From positions 1 through 8,715 of the forward strand of contig NW_021828373.1 in the NCBI RefSeq assembly GCF_006345805.1: 8,715 bases of DNA. Direction: 5' to 3'. The notes beneath the pieces were generated by a model, which searched no databases, had not been told where the DNA came from, and saw only the letters and a list, made by a program, of their open reading frames with translations. Below are positions 1-7,015 of the stretch, in pieces. A program made the position numbers and the translations under genes. This DNA comes from Octopus sinensis (lineage: Eukaryota). Positions within the stretch are counted from its first letter, which is position 1, and every line of letters starts with the position of its first letter.

Positions 1-260
1 TGCCATTTGTTTAGGACAGGTATAATTACCAACACAGGAGCATATATCATACATCAAAATGAAGCTGGTCCTCTATGGATCACATTCCTACTTATCTCAA
101 TAGCAATGGCCAACCTTCGAATGAGAGCACGTATCCCTGCCCCATAAAATTCTGTTGTCTGTTCTTTGAGCGACTTCTTCATTACAGTTTCCACTTACTC
201 GTCACTGGAATAATGCTTGCCTCTCGAACCCTCTTTCATAGGGCTGAAGAGATGATTGTC
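1..260 (-). mobile_element. Degenerate Tc1/mariner transposon 3' fragment (transposase C-terminus plus 3' UTR, continuing past the window start)
   Basis: Manual minus-strand translation from 260 gives DNHLFSPMKEGSRGKHYSSDE*VETVMKKSLKEQTTEFYGAGIRALIRRLAIAIE. This matches the mariner C-terminal pattern (S)DYHLFxxLKxxLxGxxFxxxEEVxxxVxxWLxxQxxEFYxxGIxxLxxRW. There is an in-frame TAA at 197-195, and the terminal GDYVEK region appears deleted near 95-88. The 3' TIR would lie outside the window. Confidence 0.85.
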
Positions 261-535
261 CACTGACGATGATTGTCACTGTAATTACACGCAGCGGATT
301 TAAAAACAGCAATAATAACATTCAAATAAACCTCAACAAAATACTTTCAAAATTAATATGGCTGCGATTGTAATGTTAGCAACATTACCTAATATTGTGA
401 TATGCGTAATATTACGGGTAAAGAGGATACAAAACGCTGTACGCTGACGAAAGAAAAGCCTCTATTCCTAGGTCTGAACGACCTTGGCTTGAACGCAAGG
501 AACTTCTAATTCCATATATATAAAAGTGAGTGTTT

Positions 536-680
536 GAATGTATATGTATATATGTTTGTATGGATGTATGTATGTTTGTATGTATGTATGTATTTATATA
601 TCTATATATAGTATATATAATATAATATTATATATATATATATATATTATATAGATATATATATATATATATATATGTAT
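536..680. repeat. Compound (TATG)n/(TA)n microsatellite
   Basis: Direct reading of the sequence. Confidence 0.95.
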
Positions 681-947
681 TCTAATTATGTGTCTTGAGT
701 TCGTTCAGTCTGAGAGTCTCTGTCGAAAGCTTTTGTTTTTTCCGTTCTGTGTGTATGCACCCAATAATTATAAACAAAGTTACACGAGGTGGAAGCTGAA
801 TAACGAGTAAAGAGCAGGATGTCAGTAAAGAAAAGGGGTGTGAACGAAAGATGAAGAATATTCATAAAAATAAATATATTATTGATAACGTTGAAGTCAG
901 TCTACATATGCGACATTGATTGTTAAGATGTGTTACCAAGAGATGAT

Positions 948-1310
948 CACACACACACACACGAACAGACGCACACACACTCATATAAATGCATACATAC
1001 ATACATACATATATACATACATACATACATATATATATATATATGTTTATATACACACACATATATATATGTATATATATTTGTATACATATATATACTG
1101 ACAGATAGATAGACAGATATATATATATATTATACTATATTGTATATATAGATATCTATATATATATATATATATATATCTATATATATATATATATATC
1201 TATATATATTATATATATATATATGTATGTATGTATGTATGTGTGATGTGTGTGTGTGTGTATATGTTTACAGATGTATATTTTTAGATATTGATATATA
1301 TGTATGTATC
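948..1310. repeat. Compound microsatellite (CA)n-(TACA)n-(TA)n/(GATA)-(TATG)n-(TG)n
   Basis: Direct reading; source of the ORFs listed between 862 and 1413. Confidence 0.95.
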
Positions 1311-1691
1311 TAGGTATGAAAATGTATAGAGTTGAATGTATTTTGTATGCGCGAATTTCTCCGACGTACGAGGAATAAAAAATTAAACAAACAAAAGGCA
1401 AAAATAAATACAAAACAAAAAACTAAATAACGTAAAATGCTAAGCCAACAGAAAAGAGGAATCTCTGTTTTATGTTGTCAGATAACAAAAGTAATTGCTG
1501 GTTGGATGGGCCTAACACTAATAACGTGTAAAAGAAGTGACAATACAATTGTTACAGGGAAAGACACAATAGTAATGATTTGTAATGACAATAGATACGG
1601 TAATAACCATGAGAAATCGGTCATCACTTCACAATAGGTTTAAAAGTACGAACTCAACACAATGGCGGAGCACAAGCAGAAGACATTAACT

Positions 1692-1712
1692 CTATATGGA
1701 AATATATATATA

Positions 1713-1752
<40 letters not shown>

Positions 1753-1754
1753 TA

Positions 1755-1806
<52 letters not shown>

Positions 1807-1965
1807 ATATATATATATATATAATGCGTATATATATATACATATATATATATATACGCACACATACGTTCATACATATACATATATGTATGCAACACCA
1901 CACACTATATATATATGTAAGAAATGTACGCGTATTTATTAATATCTAAATACATATTAAGTTTC

Positions 1966-2008
<43 letters not shown>
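1692..2008. repeat. (TA)n-dominated microsatellite ending in (TATG)n
   Basis: Direct reading of the sequence. Confidence 0.95.
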
Positions 2009-2009
<1 letters not shown>

Positions 2010-2139
2010 CACACGGACAGACAGTTACCACCACACGCACACACGCAACCACGCAAACACATATACACACACAAATACCGATCGTCTTCACACTCTTCTG
2101 TCCGGAAAAACACTTATTCTTCATTCCTTATACTTCCGG

Positions 2140-2362
2140 TCGCTTCAGAGATGTAACCGCACGTGGTCTGTTGGAGATTTTTTCCTCTTTCTTCCTTTTC
2201 TCCCTTTCGACATTCCTGTTATTCCTGTTTCCGAAGAAGTACTATGCTTGAAACGAAAAACAACTACTCTAATATTTCTCTGAGTGTCTTATTAATACAT
2301 CGTGTTACGTCCTCACACGTTTGTTTGCTTCCTCTTTATCTCTGTGTCTTTTATTAATTGAC
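2140..2362 (+). mobile_element. Probable degenerate Penelope-like pLTR-type repeat with a decayed hammerhead-like motif
   Basis: A pyrimidine-rich tract is followed by CCGAAGA-AGTACTATGCTT-GAAACG (2231-2255), a one-mismatch version of CUGANGA-hairpin-GAAAC. The overall layout resembles an octopus interspersed repeat I recall. Boundaries are approximate. Confidence 0.45.
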
Positions 2363-2364
2363 TA

Positions 2365-2406
2365 TACATACATATATAAATACATACATACATACATACA
2401 TACATG

Positions 2407-2438
<32 letters not shown>
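2365..2438. repeat. (TACA)n-(TA)n microsatellite
   Basis: Direct reading of the sequence. Confidence 0.95.
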
Positions 2439-2440
2439 AC

Positions 2441-2540
2441 GCGAGAGTGGCTTGCTTTGCATCCACATGGTTCCGGGTTCAGTCCCGCTGCGTGACACCT
2501 TCGGCAAGTATCTTCTACTATAGTCTCGGGCCGACCAAAG
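2441..2540 (+). mobile_element. tRNA-derived SINE, 5' fragment (A box region apparently deleted)
   Basis: B-box-like GGGTTCAGTCCC (2475-2486) followed by CCTTCGGCAAGT, which resembles a CORE-domain start. 2478-2539 matches 8075-8136 at 50/62 nt by manual alignment. Confidence 0.85.
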
Positions 2541-2559
2541 TCTCCTTTGCCAAACTCCT

Positions 2560-2642
2560 GTATATATACGTACGTACATACATATATTTATGTATGTATT
2601 TATGTGTTTATGTATATGTATGTGAGTATATGTGTGTGCGCG
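2560..2642. repeat. (TA)/(TATG)/(TG) degenerate microsatellite
   Basis: Direct reading of the sequence. Confidence 0.9.
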
Positions 2643-2646
2643 TGTT

Positions 2647-2820
2647 TTAGAAAGGGCATCCAGTCGTAGAAACAACGTCAGAGCAGACACTGGAGTATGT
2701 TGCATTCCTGTGGTTCTTCGAATCTTGTCAGACTATACCAGCCATGAGAATATAACATGGACGACGGGACGTTAAACGAAAATGAACACGATGATGAGTG
2801 TTGTTGCAGTAATGATGATG

Positions 2821-2855
<35 letters not shown>
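2647..2855 (+). mobile_element. Retroposon (SINE or RTE-like LINE) 3' fragment with (GAT)n tail
   Basis: AGAAAGGGCATCCAGTCGTAGAAAC (2649-2673), then GGACGTTAAACGA (2767-2779), then (TGA)11 at 2821-2855. This 3' end architecture matches an octopus repeat as I recall it; the family name is not assigned. Confidence 0.7.
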
Positions 2856-3173
2856 GTGGTGGTGAGATACATGTGTCTGTGTCTGAGCATAATCATTGGA
2901 CACATCTGGAAATCCCAACGATTTAACAATAACACAGAAAAAATAAAAGAAATTCAAAACTCGAAGAAATAACATGAAATAAAATAAATACAGAAGAGAG
3001 ATTACAACAGCTAAGTTGTTATAGATGCCATCACCATGGAAATATTTTGGCTGTTAACTAACAACAGGATATATACATTACTGGAAGACAATGAGTAACA
3101 AATACGAAATATTATATTGTATAAGAAAACTAATTCGGATTCAGTTTTGATCCAGACATTCCTATCATTGTTT

Positions 3174-3280
3174 GTATAACTTGATATGAAAATAAACATT
3201 AATATAATACAGAGTAATATGAGTATAAACATTAGTATAAAAATAAACATTAGCATAACTTGATATAAAAATAAACATTG
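3174..3280. repeat. Imperfect minisatellite with four ATAAACATT-ending units
   Basis: Units at 3174-3201 and 3253-3280 match at 25/28 nt; two shorter or variant units lie between them. Confidence 0.85.
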
Positions 3281-3440
3281 CTATAATAGCTCCGTTCTGA
3301 CTTGAGTGTTTCACTAAATTGTGATGAAAAGAAAAGAAAGAAATAGCAACAGCCTCCATGAAGAATAAACAGGCACCGTTCAAAAATTGTTGCCAGGAAA
3401 TACTAGCGTAAAATATAAGACCATAAATACCTAAACTAAG

Positions 3441-3493
3441 TTAGAGTCTGATGAGGGCGACCAAGCCGAAACATTGAAGTCGTTATCAATGTT
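3441..3493 (+). ncRNA. Type I hammerhead ribozyme-like motif (activity unknown)
   Basis: CTGATGA (3448-3454); one extra G; stem II GGC-gaccaa-GCC (3456-3467); GAAA (3468-3471); minimal stem III AC/GT closing ATTGAA with a GTC triplet at 3479-3481. An alternative 7-bp stem III (3471-3477/3486-3492) gives a GTT triplet. Stem I is weak. Confidence 0.6.
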
Positions 3494-3777
3494 TTCCTTC
3501 ATATATATCCAGCGGCCTTTCTTGATTTTATTTTTGTCTTTAAATACTATTCATGTTGAATATTTTGAGTTTGGAAGATAACTTGGAAACATACGACCAT
3601 CTTGTTTTGTTTTCACACTATGAAACCAATTTCTCGAATTTAGGCACATGAAAGCAAAGTCAGTTGCAACTGAAGAAGTATTCAATACATTTTAGTAGAG
3701 TACATGGTTGTTAAAAGCCTGTTTCTGTATTCTTCATGGTGGAATATCATTAGATAGATGCACCTTTGTATTTCTAG

Positions 3778-3874
3778 AGATGTATATTTTGACCATATAG
3801 GAACGGCTATGTCGAGTTTAAAATCCACAGAATTCGAAAGCAGATCATACACAGCTGTAGCTAAAACCATACAG
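3778..3874 (+). CDS. Candidate 97-nt internal coding exon, product unidentified (DVYFDHIGTAMSSLKSTEFESRSYTAVAKTIQ)
   Basis: Acceptor cctttgtatttctag| at 3777, donor CAG|gtactt at 3874/3875, and an open frame throughout in non-repetitive sequence. No homology recognised and no phase-compatible partner exon identified. Confidence 0.25.
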
Positions 3875-4057
3875 GTACTTCTCTAACGCTTTAACAAATT
3901 CCATCATTCAGCTACCCATACTGTACCAGTTTACTTTGTACCTTTGTCTCTATATTTCAACCTCTTCAGTCACGTAAGTTAAACGAAAATTATTCACCCT
4001 GTTAAATGTATAATATTGCTTTCTAGGCAAATGTGTTTATCCCGTTCGTATCGGTCA

Positions 4058-4171
4058 TATATGCATGCGTACATACGTGTATATATATGTGAGTGTGTGT
4101 GTATAACGATGTATATACATGCATATATAACAATATATATATATATACAACAATATATATATACATACATG

Positions 4172-4230
<59 letters not shown>

Positions 4231-4306
4231 CATACAAAACAATATTTATACACACAAATATATAACCGATACTTTATGTACGTGTGTACATATAGGTAAG
4301 GATATA
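4058..4306. repeat. Compound (TA)/(CA)10/(TA)18 microsatellite region
   Basis: Direct reading: (CA)10 at 4172-4191 and (TA)18 at 4192-4227. Confidence 0.95.
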
Positions 4307-4308
4307 TA

Positions 4309-5091
4309 GGTGGTCTGATCAATAAGTATCCGGACTGTTGCTATAGTAACGAAGCTAAAGCACGGAGAGTGAAGCCGCTTGGCACAGTTTGACCTCGACC
4401 TCTGCTGTGCATATGCCCTAAGCTTTGACGTTGTACTTTACTTCCGTTGTTTGCAGAAGTGCTTGGCAGGAAGGTGTGTAGCGTGCGATCGTGGTATCGA
4501 CTATGACAGAGAAAATAGTGCAGAGAATTTACATCAAAGCTTAGAAAAGTTTTTTATCGTTTTCAACACAATCAAGATGCATTGCAACCCAAACCGAGGT
4601 TTTGGTCAGCTGAAAGCAGTTTTGGCACAAACTTGGCACACACGCGTCCCAAACCCAAATCTTCAGAGAAAATGCACTGAACCGTAAATAATCTGCACAT
4701 TTTCTGAAAACACAAAGTTGGTGATTCGACGATTTCCCACATAACAGCTGTACACAGATCTGCGATGTTTTTCTCAGCTTTTCTGGTTGCGGGTCTCTCA
4801 GAGTGTTCGTCAATATCGACAGTTACTCGGCCATCTGGAAACGTCTGAACCATTCGTACAGCTGTCTGCGACGCATTCACTCCTCTACATGCACTCTCCA
4901 TGCACATTTCAACTTACTCTGCCATGGTCAATGTAACGATCAGACCCTATACACCTTCCTTCCAAGTACTGCTGTAAACAGCACAAATGAGTAGAACCTT
5001 CAAACTTAGTGAGCATCCACACCAGCGACTAAGGTCAATATGTGCCATGTGACTTCACTCTGAGTGCTTTAGCTTCGTTATTATGTCAACA

Positions 5092-5092
<1 letters not shown>
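4309..5092. mobile_element. Non-autonomous mariner derivative with two 5' ends arranged as long inverted arms
   Basis: TA at 4307-4308 precedes the TIR-like GGTGGTCTGATCAATAAGTATCCGGACTG. 4335-4386 matches the reverse complement of 5041-5092 at 44/52, and a 66-nt block ending just past the ATG matches at 51/66. Each arm leads inward to a transposase-type start: ATG 4503 (+) MTEKIVQRIYIK and ATG 4925 (-) MAE*VE. Confidence 0.88.
4535..4925 (-). pseudogene. Frameshifted mariner transposase N-terminal fragment (HTH DNA-binding region and linker, no DD34D domain)
   Basis: Stitching frames gives QLYEWFRRFQ/DGRVTVDIDEHSERPATRKAEKNIADL/NRRIT...SENVQIIYGSV/QCIFSEDLGLGRVCAKFVPKLLSADQ/VAMHLDCVENDKKLF. 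FVPKLL corresponds to the mariner WVPxxL linker motif. The fragment ends just before the expected TGDE motif. Confidence 0.88.
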
Positions 5093-5155
<63 letters not shown>

Positions 5156-5398
5156 ATGTATGTGGTTGTGTGTGTAATTATATATAGACGAATATATAAG
5201 CATTTAACCTTATATATGTATGTTCATATATATTAATATTTATATTTATTATATTTATATGATTATATGAATGTGTATATACCTACACACATATATATAT
5301 AAACATCTTAAACTACAATATCTGTGTACATATATATATAAACTATGTATATATTATTAGATGTATATCATTATATATATATATATATATTATATATC

Positions 5399-5447
<49 letters not shown>

Positions 5448-5530
5448 TATCTGTGTACATACATATGTATATATATATACATATATACAAGTATACACCC
5501 ATATGTATAAGTTTCTATATATGTGCCACT
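5093..5530. repeat. Compound (TA)15(TG)16 followed by degenerate (TA)n microsatellites
   Basis: Direct reading of the sequence. Confidence 0.95.
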
Positions 5531-5789
5531 GAGTGTGCATATTCGCTGAGGTGCTTTATATGAAGGGGCATTATTAGTGTCTATTTTGTTTTCCATAAAA
5601 TGACTCCATTACTATTATTACCTAGTCTAAGCTTGCTTCTTCAATATGACAATAACTTCTCTCATATTAAAAACGAATTTGCCGTGAAATTGGCTGAACA
5701 TAAACACAGCTTCGAATATGCTTCACAACAGGTTGGTAACTGGATTCTCTAGTCCCCATTAACCTTCACCCTTGTGGCAAATATATGAA

Positions 5790-5869
5790 ATAATAACAGT
5801 AATAATAATAATATTAATAATAATAATATTAATAATAATAATAATAATAATTATCATTATTATTATTAC

Positions 5870-5925
<56 letters not shown>

Positions 5926-5956
5926 TATATTATTATCAGTATTAATTATTTTCATT

Positions 5957-6000
<44 letters not shown>

Positions 6001-6060
6001 TATTATTATCATTATTATTATTATATTATTATTATTATTATTATTATTATATTATTATTA
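5790..6060. repeat. Trinucleotide array (AAT)n-(ATT)n-(ATC)n-(ATT)n
   Basis: Direct reading; the strand switch from AAT to ATT is at 5850/5851. Confidence 0.95.
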
Positions 6061-6270
6061 TGCCGTTGAACTTGCAGAATTGTTAGAACACCGAGTGAAA
6101 TGCTTTGCGGTACTTTCTTTGCCTCTAAGTTCTGAGTTCAAATTCCGTCGGAGTTCACTTCGAATTTCTCATTGCGGGGTCGATAAATTAAGAACCAGTG
6201 AAACACTTGCGTCGATATAATCGATTATCCCCCCTCACAAATATCAGTCCTTATGCCGGAAATAATAATG
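6061..6270 (+). mobile_element. tRNA-derived SINE, near full length
   Basis: A-box-like TTGCAGAATTG (6072-6082), B-box-like GAGTTCAAATTCC (6134-6146), body GGGGTCGATAAATTAAGAACCAGTGAAACACT, and a short (AAT) tail at 6261-6269. A related copy lies on the opposite strand at 6271-6380. Confidence 0.8.
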
Positions 6271-6380
6271 GTTTCAACATTTTCCCACAAGGATAGCAAT
6301 TTTGTGGGAGGGGTGAGTTGATTACATCGGCCCCAGTGTACAACTGGTACTTATTGTATCGACCCCGGAGGATGAAAGGA
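6271..6380 (-). mobile_element. 3' half of a related SINE in inverted orientation
   Basis: The reverse complement of 6301-6367 matches 6175-6241 at 51/67 nt. Confidence 0.85.
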
Positions 6381-6571
6381 TGTGTGTGTGTTTGCGTGCG
6401 TGTGTGCATGTGTGTGTGTGTGTGTGTCTGCATGTTGGTGTATATGTGTTTGTCCACCCAACATCACTTTACAACCGATGCTCGTGTGTTTACATCCCTG
6501 TAACCTAGCGGTTCGAGAAATTACCGAAAAAATAAGTACTAGTCTCACAAAGAATAAGTCCTGGGGTTGAC
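6381..6571 (+). mobile_element. 3' half of a SINE beginning with a (TG)n tract
   Basis: (TG)-rich 6381-6450, then TTTGTCCACCCAACATCACTTTACAACCGATGCTCGTGTGTTTACATCCCTGTAACCTAGCGGTTCG...AATAAGTACTAG...CCTGGGGTTGA. It shares AATAAGTAC and CTGGGG motifs with the neighbouring SINEs. Linkage to the 5' halves at 2441 and 8075 is from recall of an octopus family consensus. Confidence 0.7.
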
Positions 6572-6593
6572 AAACACACATACACACCGCTTA

Positions 6594-6595
<2 letters not shown>

Positions 6596-6674
<79 letters not shown>
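6596..6674. repeat. (TAA)n microsatellite, about 26 units with one interruption
   Basis: Direct reading; source of the poly-N and poly-L ORFs. Confidence 0.97.
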
Positions 6675-6696
6675 TCATGCATTATTTTCTCATTCA

Positions 6697-7015
6697 GTTG
6701 TCGTGGCACTCCGTCGGTTCCAGTTGATCCGATCAACGGAAAAGCCTGCTCGTGAAATTAGCATGCAAGTGGGTGAGCACTCCAGAAACACGTGTACCCT
6801 TAACGTAATTCTCAGAGAGATTCAGCGTGACACAACGTGTAATAATGCTGTTCCCTTTCAATTACAGGTACAACTCAATTTTGCCAGTTGAGTGGACTGG
6901 AGGAACATGGAGGAATAAAGTGTTTTACTCCAGGACACAGCGCTTCTCCGGAATTGAACTCATTACCTTACTATCGTGAGCCGAATGCTGTAACCAACCA
7001 GCCACGCGCCTGCAC
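6697..7015 (-). mobile_element. Near full-length tRNA-derived CORE-like SINE
   Basis: The minus strand reads GGCGCGTGGCTGGTTGGTTA (A-box-like, 7004-6994), GAGTTCAATTCC (B box, 6961-6950, fits GTTCRANNC), then GTGTCCTGGAGTAAAACACTTTA...CAGTCCACTCAACTGGCAAAATTGAG (6939-6874), which resembles the CORE domain. A unique 3' body ends in GTGCCACGACAAC. Confidence 0.85.

Noticed and set aside
75-266. 63-aa plus-strand ORF
   Set aside because: It is antisense to the recognisable mariner C-terminal fragment.
244-460. Other CTGANGA matches at 244, 263 and 444
   Set aside because: None is followed by a stem II and GAAA in a workable position.
1366-1390. TACGAGG resembling a mariner TIR start
   Set aside because: No matching inverted copy or further similarity was found; too short to support.
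3174-3280. Repeat units read as a CRISPR-like array
   Set aside because: The units are irregular, there are no unique spacers of constant length or cas genes, and the context is eukaryotic.
3670-3695. CTGAAGA followed by a small GTAT/ATAC hairpin
   Set aside because: No GAAA follows the hairpin, so the hammerhead core is incomplete.
3682-3870. 62-aa minus-strand ORF
   Set aside because: No recognisable motif, an in-frame stop shortly upstream, and the opposite strand has better splice-signal support.
1-4925. Idea that the N-terminal (4925-4535) and C-terminal (260-88) minus-strand mariner pieces are one split element
   Set aside because: The order is collinear, but the N-terminal piece is fused directly to an inverted 5' arm, no catalytic-core sequence is seen in the 4.3 kb between them, and the 3' TIR needed for comparison is outside the window.
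4379-4994. Plus-strand ORFs 4379-4687 and 4803-4994
   Set aside because: They are mostly antisense or UTR readings of the mariner derivative, with no independent protein signal.
6058-6258. TTATGCCG direct repeat at both ends of the SINE as a TSD
   Set aside because: The downstream copy aligns with the body of the inverted sister copy (TCCTTGTG), so it lies inside the element; probably coincidence.
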